Positions 44,768-55,096 of a stretch of DNA of 64,000 bases are shown piece by piece (the stretch's first letter is position 1; every line of letters begins with the position of its first letter). The notes beneath the pieces are model-generated. The model was not told the DNA's origin. It worked only from the letters and a program-made list of their open reading frames with translations, and ran no database searches. The stretch comes from an uncultured Chthonomonadaceae bacterium (lineage in GTDB: Bacteria > Armatimonadota > Chthonomonadetes > Chthonomonadales > Chthonomonadaceae). A program made the position numbers and the translations under genes. The stretch is from contig CAWFQB010000011.1 of the NCBI GenBank assembly GCA_963817895.1, forward strand, positions 32,001-96,000, in the 5' to 3' direction.

Positions 44768-45337
44768 ATGGCGAACAACTGGAAGAAAACCGAGCATAAA
44801 CTGGCGGCCAATCATGGCTGGAAGGCCGCGCCGGGGAACAAAATCTGCGTTCTGGACCGGGGCGACCTGCAATTCGAGTACCCGCAACACTGGCATGTGG
44901 AACCGGACAAAGACAACAGCGCGATTAAAGTGACCGACAAGCCGCCGCCCAACGACGACTGCGTGTTGCGCGTGTCCATTTTGCGCTTTCCGCCTCTCAA
45001 AGCGGGGCATCCCTCCGTGCCGCTGCTGCTGCAAAACGCGATGGTTCATGCCGGACACTATCTGGACGCCGAGGACATACAGCGCGTTCCCCGCGAAGAC
45101 ATCGAAATCTACTGGGGCGAATACCGCGACATTGATAAAAAGCACAATCGGGAGGCCGTATGGCGCATGGCGTTTGCTAACAGCAAAGGACTGAAACGCA
45201 CCCTCTACGGGTTCATGACCTTCGGCTTCTGGCCCGAAGACGCGGAAAAAGCCAACCGCTTCTGGGATCACCTGCTCATAACCCTGATTATGGATCGCCC
45301 CGTTGCGGACCCGATACGGGGACCGATACTGCACTAA
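44768..45337 (+). CDS. Conserved hypothetical protein
   Basis: Good codon usage, 189 aa, no recognised motif. Confidence 0.65.
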   Translation: MANNWKKTEHKLAANHGWKAAPGNKICVLDRGDLQFEYPQHWHVEPDKDNSAIKVTDKPPPNDDCVLRVSILRFPPLKAGHPSVPLLLQNAMVHAGHYLDAEDIQRVPREDIEIYWGEYRDIDKKHNREAVWRMAFANSKGLKRTLYGFMTFGFWPEDAEKANRFWDHLLITLIMDRPVADPIRGPILH

Positions 45338-45427
45338 AGTTGATAGTTGATAGATGATAGGCTTCTGACTTGCAGAAGTCTACGTATTCCGCGCTGGCTA
45401 TCAACTATCAACTATCAACTATCAACT

Positions 45428-46732
45428 ATGCTAGACTTCACCCAGGTATTTACCCAGATACAAACGTTCGCCAACGAGCGGGCGGACGCATTGCCACGTC
45501 TGGAAGCCGCCTTGCGGGAAGCGCGGCGGCGTTTGGACGCTTCCGGGCCGACGTGGGAGGACACGCGAAGTAAAATCAGCGCGTCCAAAACCTCGTGGCT
45601 GGTCGCGTCCTGGCACGAGCCGCCCGATGCCGCTTACGCGCCGCTGCCCGCCCCTTCGCCCTGCACCGTGTTTGCCGCCGACGGTTCGCAGATCGTTTCC
45701 GACCGCCACGACATTGCGCTCTGCTACCTCCTCAACATCGGACTGATTGCCCTGCGCTACGGCACGGGCGAACGCGCCACGCTCACAAGCCGCCCCTATC
45801 TCGCCCTGCCCAAAGACGACCTGCTGGATGAATTTCAGGGCGAACAGGCCGCCATTGTTCCCAAACGCCTTGCCATCCGCCGCCTGCTGGCCGAAGTGGA
45901 GGGGCTTGTGGAGTTGATGGAAGAAAAGGAGAAGAGGAGAAAAGGAGAAGAGGAGATACGAGATACGAGATACGAGATACGAGAAGGAGAGGCAGCCCTA
46001 TCAACTATCAACTATCAACTAACAACTGCCTCATCCCTCATCCCTCATCCCTCATCCCTTGCGCTTTTTGACGGCAGCCTCATTTTATGGCCGCTGGAAA
46101 CGGAGCAGGAGGCGTTTCGTATGGAATCCGTTCTGGCGTTTGAGAAGTTGCTGGAGCAGGCGCGCAAGTCGCGGGTTCCCATTGCCGGGTACATCAGCGC
46201 GCCGCAGAGCCGGGACGTAGTGAACGCCCTGCGCGTGTTCCAATGTCCGCACGAATTATCGAACTGTGACCGCTATTGCCCGCAGCACAGCAAGCCCCGC
46301 CCGGAATACGTCGCGCCCCCCTGCGCGGGAACCGAAACCGTCCGCGATGCCGATCTATTCGAGCGTCTGCTTGAACCCGGCGAGCGTTCCGCTATTTTTG
46401 GGTCGCGTTCGCAAATCCTCAACACCTACGCGCCTCACCATCGTATTCGATTTTTTTATTTGCATACCGGGCGGGAAGTGGCCCGCGTCGAAATACCCGC
46501 ATGGGTGGCGGACGATCCCGAACTGCTGAACTTGACTCACTCCCTGTGCTGGGATCAGGCGCGGAAGGGTGATGGCTATCCCGTCGCTCTTGCTGAAGCG
46601 CACGAACAGGCCATCGTGCGGGGCGCGGAAAAAGCCGCGTTTTTCCAGATGATGCAGCGCGCCTTTGTCGCCACCGGCCAACCGGTCAGCACCACGCAAA
46701 AAGCCCTTTCCAAACGCGCCCGTCGCATTTAG
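45428..46732 (+). CDS. NurA-domain nuclease (with in-frame repeat insertion)
   Basis: AADGSQ, FDGSL, RVEIP and GYPVALAEAHEQA motifs. Confidence 0.85.
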   Translation: MLDFTQVFTQIQTFANERADALPRLEAALREARRRLDASGPTWEDTRSKISASKTSWLVASWHEPPDAAYAPLPAPSPCTVFAADGSQIVSDRHDIALCYLLNIGLIALRYGTGERATLTSRPYLALPKDDLLDEFQGEQAAIVPKRLAIRRLLAEVEGLVELMEEKEKRRKGEEEIRDTRYEIREGEAALSTINYQLTTASSLIPHPSSLALFDGSLILWPLETEQEAFRMESVLAFEKLLEQARKSRVPIAGYISAPQSRDVVNALRVFQCPHELSNCDRYCPQHSKPRPEYVAPPCAGTETVRDADLFERLLEPGERSAIFGSRSQILNTYAPHHRIRFFYLHTGREVARVEIPAWVADDPELLNLTHSLCWDQARKGDGYPVALAEAHEQAIVRGAEKAAFFQMMQRAFVATGQPVSTTQKALSKRARRI

Positions 46733-46835
46733 TCGGAGAAGAGCAAACTACTTCCTCATATTACACCGAACTGTTTGCCGCTTTGCCTCCTACCTGATGA
46801 GTGAGGAACCAGCTAACTCCTGGAGGTACCCTTCG

Positions 46836-48308
46836 ATGAAAGAAGCAGGAAAGCCAAAAAGCTGGCACGCGCTGATCCCGATTCAGGCCAGCCTCGACCA
46901 CCGGGGCGGGTTTGGTCCAGATGTTGCGGCGCTGTTTCCACCGGCGGGAACATTTGAGGCGTTCGGTGGGCGGGAGGCTGTTGCCAAACTCGTTGATAAG
47001 CTCTACGACCGTATCGAAACCGACATCGTTCTACGCCCCGCGTTCAGCCGCGACCTGACGAAGGAGCGCGAGAGGGTGAAACTCTTCTTCGAAGCGTGGT
47101 TGGGTGGGGCGCAAACATACTTCGATTCGGGGTGGCCTCTGGGCCTGATGGCGGCGCACGGTTCCATTTCAATCAGTCGCGGTATGGCGGGCCGATGGGT
47201 ACGGCACTTCCTTGCCTCTTGCGCCGAGGCAGGCACCAATTCAACCGTCGTCACTCGCATCAAACCACTCATTTCTCGCCTTGCGATGGGGCTTGTAAAC
47301 CGGGTGGATGAGCCTGTATCCGGGGAGCGCCTCCGCTGTGGGGCCTACAGCGCCGATCCTCGATTCCTGCATTGCGTTCAACGGGACAATGCAGAGGGCA
47401 TTGTAGAACTGGCTGCCGCTCATCCACAGGTGATTCCGGGGCAGGGGCCGAGGCTCTTACTGGCGGCGGCCGTTCGCGGCAAGATCGGGGCTGCGGAGGC
47501 GCTTCTGAGTCAGGGAGTTGATGTGAACGGGGTCGCGATGCTGCAAGGAAGCGAGGCAAGCGCCTGCGGCCTCCCCATGTTACGGATTGCCCCGCTCTGT
47601 GGAGCGCTCGCCAGACGCCGAGAAGGGGTCGTGAAACTTCTTGTTGCGCATGGCGCTCAATACGACATTTTTACTGCCGCGTTCGTTGGCGATCTGAAGG
47701 GCGTGAAAGAACTGCTGGACCTGGCTCCCGAACTCTCGGACGCCGACGATCCCGCGTGTGATGTCGCCCACATCACCCCATTGACACATGCAGTATTTGC
47801 CGAACAGATGGAGGTCGCGCAACTGCTGTTGCAGCGGGGAGCGACCGTTGGCGTGAACAGCGTTCGACTGGTTCGGGCTGCGGCAAACCGGGGCAACGAA
47901 GCGTTGACCGATCTTCTGCTTGAACATGGAGCCGATCCCGCATCCATCGGCGCGGGAACCTGGGTTTTGTATCCGGCCCTCGCGACAAAACTGCTCGCCC
48001 GTGGCGCGAATGTTAATCAGGAGCCGGGCAGATGGGTCGGCCTGTGCTGCACCGGCAATAGCGGCCACAAAGAGAACGCCGCGCTTGCGCGGGCGCTGCT
48101 CCGTTGCGGGGCTGACGTATCCGTTCGGTATCGGGGCGATACAGCCCTGCATTGCGCCGCGAAAGCCGGATTCGCCCATGTCATAGAGGCATTGATTGAG
48201 TACGGCGCGGACATCCATGCGCTCAACGCTCAGGGGCAGACGCCGTTTGACGCGCTCCAGGCTGCGGGCAGGAGCAGCGATATACGGTTTCAATCCTTAG
48301 CCGGTTAA
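46836..48308 (+). CDS. Truncated (2/2) globin-like domain + ankyrin-repeat protein
   Basis: FEAFGG..LYDRI..FFEAWLGG..H N-terminal globin pattern; TPLTHA and TALHCAA ankyrin repeats. Confidence 0.75.
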   Translation: MKEAGKPKSWHALIPIQASLDHRGGFGPDVAALFPPAGTFEAFGGREAVAKLVDKLYDRIETDIVLRPAFSRDLTKERERVKLFFEAWLGGAQTYFDSGWPLGLMAAHGSISISRGMAGRWVRHFLASCAEAGTNSTVVTRIKPLISRLAMGLVNRVDEPVSGERLRCGAYSADPRFLHCVQRDNAEGIVELAAAHPQVIPGQGPRLLLAAAVRGKIGAAEALLSQGVDVNGVAMLQGSEASACGLPMLRIAPLCGALARRREGVVKLLVAHGAQYDIFTAAFVGDLKGVKELLDLAPELSDADDPACDVAHITPLTHAVFAEQMEVAQLLLQRGATVGVNSVRLVRAAANRGNEALTDLLLEHGADPASIGAGTWVLYPALATKLLARGANVNQEPGRWVGLCCTGNSGHKENAALARALLRCGADVSVRYRGDTALHCAAKAGFAHVIEALIEYGADIHALNAQGQTPFDALQAAGRSSDIRFQSLAG

Positions 48309-48439
48309 AATGATTTGCGCCATTGTTGGCAGGGAGCAGGACGTTTTCTTGTTGGTGGCGAATAAAGCGGCATCCGCTGCAATTTTCATCTATGCTTCTG
48401 CCGAATGGACGGCGGAAGCAATCCCAGGAGAACGATGTC

Positions 48440-49366
48440 ATGACGTTTGAACACGATTTGCTGCTGTCTCGTCGCGCGCTGCTGCGCAATGGACTGCTGA
48501 CAACTCTGAGTCTGCCGCTTCTGGCGCAGGCATTTTCCGCCGAAGCCCAGGATGCGGCGCAAACCAATGCCACTCCCCGTCGCGGCGGTCCCTATGCGCC
48601 CTTCCGCGTGGGCATCCAATCCTACTCGCTGCGCCACTTCAAGACCGAGGAGATGCTTGCCAAGACGCAGGAATTGGGACTGCGCAATCTGGAAGCGTAC
48701 CCCTCGCATTTCCCCCTGACCGACGATCCCAAAGTTCTGGCCGGTTATCAAGACCAACTCAAAGCGCACAACGTTCGGCTCGTCGCGTATGGCGTGGTAG
48801 ACTTTAACGGCAATGAGGCGGACGCGCGCAAGAAGTTCGAGTTTGCCAAAGCGATGGGCGTACAGGTTCTCTCCGCGCACCCCAGCCCCGACGCCTTTCC
48901 CGTTCTGGACAAGCTGACCGAAGAGTACAAAATAAACATCGGCATCCACAATCACGGGCCGGGAGATGATCTGTACGATACGGAAGAGAAACTGCAAAAG
49001 GCGGTCATGGGACACAGCGAACGCATCGGCTCCTGCAACGACACAGGCCACTACCTGCGCAGCGGCGTCAACCCGATTCAGGTCGCCAGAGATATGGGAC
49101 CGCGCCTGCACGATATTCATCTCAAGAACGTGAAAATCGGCGCGAACAACGCCAAAGAGTTCACGGAAATCGGCGCAACCGGTGGCCTGATGGACACGCT
49201 GGCCCTGATGCGCGTTCTGGTAGACATCAAATATAGAGGCCCTGTCATGCTGGAATATGAGGAACACGAAGACAACCCCATGCCGCAAATCAAAGAGTGC
49301 CTGGACGCCACGCAACGCTACGCCAAAACCATCCGCGACGTGGGCATCCCGTCTAACGCGAAGTGA
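48440..49366 (+). CDS. Tat-exported sugar phosphate isomerase/epimerase (xylose-isomerase-like TIM barrel)
   Basis: SRRALL Tat motif, IHNHG, DTGH, IHLK and LEYE. Confidence 0.85.
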   Translation: MTFEHDLLLSRRALLRNGLLTTLSLPLLAQAFSAEAQDAAQTNATPRRGGPYAPFRVGIQSYSLRHFKTEEMLAKTQELGLRNLEAYPSHFPLTDDPKVLAGYQDQLKAHNVRLVAYGVVDFNGNEADARKKFEFAKAMGVQVLSAHPSPDAFPVLDKLTEEYKINIGIHNHGPGDDLYDTEEKLQKAVMGHSERIGSCNDTGHYLRSGVNPIQVARDMGPRLHDIHLKNVKIGANNAKEFTEIGATGGLMDTLALMRVLVDIKYRGPVMLEYEEHEDNPMPQIKECLDATQRYAKTIRDVGIPSNAK

Positions 49367-49604
49367 TTCATCCTCACCACAGAGACAGAGACACAGAGGT
49401 TTCACAGAGGGAAAGAAAAAGAGGGGAAATAGACAGGATTAACAGGATTTTCAGGATTAAACAGGATTACACAAGGCGAGAACACGCTTGCGGTCACTCC
49501 CTCTTATATCTTGTTTCTGGTATCTTCTCTTCTCATTCTCGTATTTCTCTGTGAAGCCTCTGTGTCTCTGTGTCTCTGTGGTGAACTCTTCTGGAGATTG
49601 ACCT

Positions 49605-50870
49605 ATGACTTCCGGGGTGCGAATTGTGGATGTGGAGCGCATTGTCGTGGACGTGCCGTTTACGCCGCGCTGTCAGGAGTGGAACGCGCGGGAAGTGTGG
49701 CAATGGCGCATCAGCGAAGTGGTCCGGGTGACGACGGACGCGCCGGATATAGTGGGCTATGGTGAAACCATTCTGCACTATACGTGGGGGCGCGTGTCGG
49801 ATGAGGCGATAGCGAAAGTGAAGGGGCGCAATCCCGCCGAGTTTTTAGGGGATGACAGTCTGGGCGCGGGGCTGCAAATGGCGCTGTACGATGTGGTCGG
49901 CAAGGCGATGGGCGTACCCGCGTATCGGTTGTTGGGGTTGCCGCGCGTCCGCGAATGGTGTCCCATCAGTTGGTGGAACATTGACATGCCGCCCGAAGCG
50001 TTCGCGGCTGAAGCGCAGGACGCGCTTGCCGTCGGTTACACGTCGTACAAAATCAAGGCGCGGCCCTGGTGGGATGTTTACGAACAGGCAGACGCCATCA
50101 GCAGGGTGACGCCGCCCCATTTCCGGCTCGATCTGGATTGGAACAACATGCTGCTCAACGCGGGCAACGCCGCGCCCGTGCTGACCGAATTGGACAAGGA
50201 AGAGCGGATCGCCATCTACGAGTCGCCGATTATGCAGCGCGACGTGGAGGGGCATCGGCAACTGCGGCAAAAGACCACGCGCCCGATTGCCCTGCATTTT
50301 GGCGAACCGCCGTTTCCGGTCGCCATTCGGGATGAGGTTTGCGACGGGTTTGTTGTGGGCGGAGGCGTGGCGAGTATTCTGCGGCAGGGAACGCTTTCCG
50401 CCGCGTTTGAAAAACCGTTCTGGCTGCAAATGGTGGGTACGGGCCTGACAACTGCTATGTCAATCCATTTGGGCGCAGTCCTGCCGTTCGCGCAGTGGCC
50501 GAGCGTGAACTGCCTGAACAACTACGCCGACGACCTGCTGACCACGCCCTTAGAAATCAAAGGCGGTTATGCCCGCGTGCCGGAATTACCCGGATTGGGC
50601 ATTGAAGTGGATGAAGAAGCCTTAACACGCTATCGCATGGAGCCGCCGTTCGAGTTTCCCAAACCGCGCCTGTTGCTGTCGGTGGTGTGGCCGGGCGGGC
50701 GCGTCGTCCATTTTGCCAGCCTGCGCCAGTGCTGGGACGATTGTTGGGTGGGCAACAACCCCGTTCAGGAGCGCGGCGTCACGATGGAAGTCCACGCCGA
50801 CGACGGCACGAAAGAGTGGACAGACCTGTACAATCGCGTTCTGATAAACCCGGTGCGCGACCAACGCTGA
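49605..50870 (+). CDS. Mandelate racemase/muconate lactonizing enzyme family protein
   Basis: ALYDVVGKA, YKIK, DWN, YESP and PGLGIEVD. Confidence 0.85.
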   Translation: MTSGVRIVDVERIVVDVPFTPRCQEWNAREVWQWRISEVVRVTTDAPDIVGYGETILHYTWGRVSDEAIAKVKGRNPAEFLGDDSLGAGLQMALYDVVGKAMGVPAYRLLGLPRVREWCPISWWNIDMPPEAFAAEAQDALAVGYTSYKIKARPWWDVYEQADAISRVTPPHFRLDLDWNNMLLNAGNAAPVLTELDKEERIAIYESPIMQRDVEGHRQLRQKTTRPIALHFGEPPFPVAIRDEVCDGFVVGGGVASILRQGTLSAAFEKPFWLQMVGTGLTTAMSIHLGAVLPFAQWPSVNCLNNYADDLLTTPLEIKGGYARVPELPGLGIEVDEEALTRYRMEPPFEFPKPRLLLSVVWPGGRVVHFASLRQCWDDCWVGNNPVQERGVTMEVHADDGTKEWTDLYNRVLINPVRDQR

Positions 50871-50908
50871 CCTGAAACATGTACCGCCGAAAAAGCGTAA
50901 TTTCAATC

Positions 50909-51100
50909 ATGGACAAGATAGTTACAATTTCGCGTTCCTTCAAAGAAGCTGAAGATAACGACAAGGCATATTACCAAAGCCTAACTCCTGTGCAACGCCT
51001 TGCTATCTTGCTTGAACTGAACCGCCGATGGACGCTTGACAACCATGCTGACCCTTCCCGCAGACTTGAAAGAGTTTATCGAATTGTTAAACTCAAATAG
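50909..51100 (+). CDS. Small hypothetical protein paired with a nucleotidyltransferase
   Basis: YYQSLTPVQRL motif; overlaps the downstream NTase gene. Confidence 0.6.
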   Translation: MDKIVTISRSFKEAEDNDKAYYQSLTPVQRLAILLELNRRWTLDNHADPSRRLERVYRIVKLK

Positions 51101-51488
51101 CGTTCGCTACCTTATCGTTGGTGGCTACGCCGTTGCTTTCCACGGTCATCCGCGTTTTACGGGTGACATAGACTTCTTCGTAGACCTGTCGGCGGAAAAT
51201 GCCACTCAAATTGAAAAGACACTGACGGCTTTTGGATTTGGCGCTCTTGGCCTTACAGCAAAAGATTTTCTCCAGCCCGATACCATTGTTCAACTTGGCT
51301 ACCCTCCCAACCGCATTGATCTGATTACCAGCGTGAGTGGCGTTACCTTTGCCGAAGCATGGAAAGAACGCGTATCTATAGAAGTTGATGACGTGACTGT
51401 TTCCGTAATTGGTAAAGCGGCCTTGATTATCAACAAACGCGCTTCAGGCAGACCAAAAGATATTGCCGATGTAGACGCGCTTGCTTAA
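51045..51488 (+). CDS. Pol-beta-superfamily nucleotidyltransferase (DUF6036-like)
   Basis: VGGYAV, RFTGDID and KRASGRPKD motifs. Confidence 0.8.
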   Translation: MLTLPADLKEFIELLNSNSVRYLIVGGYAVAFHGHPRFTGDIDFFVDLSAENATQIEKTLTAFGFGALGLTAKDFLQPDTIVQLGYPPNRIDLITSVSGVTFAEAWKERVSIEVDDVTVSVIGKAALIINKRASGRPKDIADVDALA

Positions 51489-51554
51489 CAAAAAGCAAAT
51501 CAACCGTCCGCTTGTATATACAGAAAAACGTTCTGTTAGCGCACAGGCAACTTT

Positions 51555-52010
51555 ATGCAAATAGATGAAAAACTTATCTCTGCTTTGAACCCGATAGTCA
51601 CACCGATTCAAGTGCGGTATAACGATACGGACGCGATGGGGCATATCAACAACGCGGTGTACCATACCTATCTGGAGTGTTGCCGGATCAGTTTTATGGC
51701 CGCGCTGAATCTGCCCCAACGCGAGGACGACAAACGCCCGCCGATTATCATGGCGCGGACAGAGATTGATTTTCTCAAACCCGGCTTTGTGGACGACGCT
51801 ATTGTAGTATCCGGCTGGCTGGCGTCGGTGGGCAACAAGAGTTTTACCATGCGTTTCAACATAGATGCCGGCAACCGGGTTCTGGCGCGGGCGGTGGGGG
51901 TGCAGGTCTGGTACGATTATGTGGCGGATAGCAGCGTACCCATTCCTGATGATGTCCGTACTCTCTTTGACCGGCTACTGCAAGCCGGTCAGGACAAAAA
52001 GGCCGAGTAA
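51555..52010 (+). CDS. Acyl-CoA thioesterase (YbgC/4HBT family)
   Basis: DTDAMGHINNAVY motif. Confidence 0.88.
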   Translation: MQIDEKLISALNPIVTPIQVRYNDTDAMGHINNAVYHTYLECCRISFMAALNLPQREDDKRPPIIMARTEIDFLKPGFVDDAIVVSGWLASVGNKSFTMRFNIDAGNRVLARAVGVQVWYDYVADSSVPIPDDVRTLFDRLLQAGQDKKAE

Positions 52011-52091
52011 CCGTACTATTTTGATAGTCTTTATTTGCGTTTATTCGCGTTCATTCGCGGCTAACCTTTCTTTTTCTTGAGGAACCAAACC

Positions 52092-53030
52092 ATGCCTGAC
52101 GATGTTGCGGATGAAGAGATTACGCTTGTGGCAGGCGATTTGCGCCTGAAGGTTTCGCCGTATGGCGCGTCGCTGCGCGGGCTGTGGCGCGAGTCGGAGG
52201 ATGGGCAAAAGCACGACATTATTACGGGCTATACGGACGCGAAGGGCAAAGTGGGCGGGCAGGGCGACGTTCTGGTTCCGTTTCCGGGGCGCGTTCGCGA
52301 CGGGCGTTATACCTTCGACGGCAACACCTACGAAATGGCCCGCAACGACAAGGACGGCCCCAACGCCATTCACGGCTTTCTGCGACTCGTGGCGTGGGAA
52401 ACCCCGTCGCGAACTGAAAACTGGGTTCGTTTCGCCGTCTCGCTTGATCCCGCCGCGCATCCCGGCTATCCCTTCGGATTGCGGGCAACCGTTTTGTACA
52501 TGCTGGACCAGAACCGCTTTTCCTGCCGGTACACGATAGAGAATACGGGGCAACAGGCCGCGCCCGTTGCAATCGGATTTCATCCGTACTTTACGGTCGG
52601 CTCGGAATCCATCAACGCGGATACGCTGCATTTGCCGTTCGCGTCTACGCTGGAAATGGCGAACCTGTTGCCGACAGGACAGATTTTGCCCGTAGAGGGG
52701 ACGCTGTTCGACTTTCGGCAGGCCCATTCGATTGGCGACACAGTTTTCAACACCTGTTTTCTCAACCCCGTTCGGGATGCGGACGGTCTATTGCGCATCC
52801 GCCTTGCCGATGCAAATGAGGAACGCGCGCTGACCGTGTGGATGGATGATACCTTCAACTATGTCGTGCTGTATTCCGGCGATCCCCTTCCCGAACCGCA
52901 CCGTCGCCGCTCGCTCGCCATTGAACCCATGACCTGCGCGTCCGACGCTTTCAATCATCCTGAATGGGGATTGACGCGCCTGAAACCCGGACAGACGTTC
53001 GCGGGTTCGTGGGGCGTCAATGTAAGCTAA
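52092..53030 (+). CDS. Aldose 1-epimerase family protein
   Basis: PFPGRV, AIHG, GFHPYF and AIEP motifs. Confidence 0.88.
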   Translation: MPDDVADEEITLVAGDLRLKVSPYGASLRGLWRESEDGQKHDIITGYTDAKGKVGGQGDVLVPFPGRVRDGRYTFDGNTYEMARNDKDGPNAIHGFLRLVAWETPSRTENWVRFAVSLDPAAHPGYPFGLRATVLYMLDQNRFSCRYTIENTGQQAAPVAIGFHPYFTVGSESINADTLHLPFASTLEMANLLPTGQILPVEGTLFDFRQAHSIGDTVFNTCFLNPVRDADGLLRIRLADANEERALTVWMDDTFNYVVLYSGDPLPEPHRRRSLAIEPMTCASDAFNHPEWGLTRLKPGQTFAGSWGVNVS

Positions 53031-53092
53031 GGCTTAAAAGATTTTGTCTTCGGGAAACGAAGCGTCCCACACGCCTGTGAGGAACTTTCGAC

Positions 53093-53668
53093 ATGCGATT
53101 GCACACGCCACGATTGCTGCTGCGCGAATTCGAGGCTGAAGATTGGGAGGCCGTTCAGGAGTATGCAGGCGATCCCACAGCCGTGTCTTTTCGGCTTTTT
53201 GGCCCCTGTACCGATGAAGAAACGCGGACACTGATTCAGGCGCTCACGCGGCAAGTTCACCCGTTTCCGCGAACGCTCTATGACCTGGCAATCGTTCGGA
53301 CAGCCGATAATCGGCTGATAGGCGGTTGCGATATTGGCTTGCTGGCGGACAATTCTTCTGAGGCGGCTATGGGCTATGGGCTGAACCGCGCCTATTGGGG
53401 ACAGGGCTACATGACGGAGGCGGCAGCCGCATTACTGGCGTTCGGATTCGCGGAATGGAACATCGAACGATTCCGCGCGGATGTGGAACCCGACAATATA
53501 GCCTCGGCGCGGGTGCTTGAAAAAGTTGGAATGTGCCGTGTGGGACAGGGGCAGCAATGGATAAAAGGAGAGCAGCGCGTGGTGTGGCATTACGCCATAA
53601 CGGCAGAAGAGTGTGAAAGGGAACAGGAGATGTCATGCCGCGCGATTTCGACAAACGCTTCTTTGTAA
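53093..53668 (+). CDS. RimJ/RimL-family GNAT acetyltransferase
   Basis: TPRLLLRE, WGQGYMTEA and NIASARVLEKVG. Confidence 0.88.
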   Translation: MRLHTPRLLLREFEAEDWEAVQEYAGDPTAVSFRLFGPCTDEETRTLIQALTRQVHPFPRTLYDLAIVRTADNRLIGGCDIGLLADNSSEAAMGYGLNRAYWGQGYMTEAAAALLAFGFAEWNIERFRADVEPDNIASARVLEKVGMCRVGQGQQWIKGEQRVVWHYAITAEECEREQEMSCRAISTNASL

Positions 53669-53685
53669 ACAGCAGCTTCCTGATA

Positions 53686-54129
53686 ATGAAACTGCGCCGT
53701 GTCCATATCGTTACAGCAATAGCGCTGATGCTGTTCGCGCTTGCGCCGATGAATGTCTGGGCAGGCCTGGATGATTATCATGTGGTCACAAAACTGACGG
53801 GCAAAGTGGAAACGCGTTCGTTTACGCGCCGCAGAGGACGGGTTTCCTACGGCGCGTGGCAGAGAGTCCGCATGGGAGAAACAATCGCGCCGGACTGCGA
53901 AGTGCGCGTTGGGAACAACGCAAGCGTCTGGCTGCAAAAGGGCGATCAGCGAGACGAACCTGCAAAAACGCCTGTAGACGTGAAAATCCTGTACTATGTC
54001 TTGACAACGAATTCCGTTGTTCGCTTAAATCAACAGGGAGTAAACGGGCGTCCGCTAGTGCAGGCGTTGCGCGGGCGCGTTACGACGACAACGGTACGCG
54101 GGCGGATGCCTGCGCCTCTACATCAGTAA
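53686..54129 (+). CDS. Hypothetical secreted protein
   Basis: Signal peptide, beta-rich. Confidence 0.5.
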   Translation: MKLRRVHIVTAIALMLFALAPMNVWAGLDDYHVVTKLTGKVETRSFTRRRGRVSYGAWQRVRMGETIAPDCEVRVGNNASVWLQKGDQRDEPAKTPVDVKILYYVLTTNSVVRLNQQGVNGRPLVQALRGRVTTTTVRGRMPAPLHQ

Positions 54130-54136
54130 TATAAAC

Positions 54137-55087
54137 ATGCTGCAAATCCCATTTTTCCGCGAAATAGAAACCGCGCAAACCATTCTCTTAGCCGGATGTG
54201 GCGGCGGGTACGACATTTATTGCGGCCTGCCCCTGTACTTCGGGCTGCGCGATATGGGCAAAACGGTACACCTCGCCAATCTGTCATTCTCTTCTATTCA
54301 CGCTTCCAACGGGCGCAAACTGCCGGGCGGCATGGTGGAAGTGGACAGCAGTACAAAGGGCGAGATGCGCTACTTTCCCGAAATGTATCTGGCGCAGTGG
54401 CTTGCGAGTGAGGGCATAAATGTGCCTGTCTACTGCCTGGGGCGCGAGGGCGTGAAACCGGTCACGGCTTCGTATCAGTGGCTTGTGGAGAACCTTGAGA
54501 TAGACACGATTTTGCTTATAGACGGCGGCACGGACAGCCTGATGCGCGGCGACGAGATCGGGTTGGGGACGCCGGAAGAGGATGCGGTCAGTATCGCGGC
54601 GGTTCATCAGATGGACGTAGATAACAAGTGGTTGGTATGCCTCGGTTTCGGCGTGGATACGTTTCATGGCGTGTGCCACGCGCAGTTTCTCGAAGCGGTT
54701 GCCGACCTGACCCACGCGGGCGGCTTTCTCGGCGCGTGGACATTGACGCCGGACATGCCGGAAACGCAACAGTACGCCGCAGCCTGCGCGTATACCCACA
54801 AGCGCATGTTCAACAATCCGAGCATCGTATCATCTTCCATTTTGTCCGCCGTCGAGGGACGCTTCGGCGATTATCACGCCACAACCCGCACCGGGGGCAG
54901 CGAGCTGTTCATCAATCCGCTGATGACGCTGTACTGGGCGTTTCAACTCGATGCGGTTGCCGAACGGAACCTGTACCTGAACGAACTGCGCGACACGGAA
55001 ACCTACTACTATGTTGTAGAGGCGATTCACACGTTCCGCGCCCGCAATTTAGAGAAAATCAAGGATTGGCAGAATTTGCCGATGTAA
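54137..55087 (+). CDS. DUF1152 domain protein
   Basis: GCGGGYD, DGGTDSL and LGTPEED motifs. Confidence 0.8.
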   Translation: MLQIPFFREIETAQTILLAGCGGGYDIYCGLPLYFGLRDMGKTVHLANLSFSSIHASNGRKLPGGMVEVDSSTKGEMRYFPEMYLAQWLASEGINVPVYCLGREGVKPVTASYQWLVENLEIDTILLIDGGTDSLMRGDEIGLGTPEEDAVSIAAVHQMDVDNKWLVCLGFGVDTFHGVCHAQFLEAVADLTHAGGFLGAWTLTPDMPETQQYAAACAYTHKRMFNNPSIVSSSILSAVEGRFGDYHATTRTGGSELFINPLMTLYWAFQLDAVAERNLYLNELRDTETYYYVVEAIHTFRARNLEKIKDWQNLPM

Positions 55088-55096
55088 AGGAGTCTT

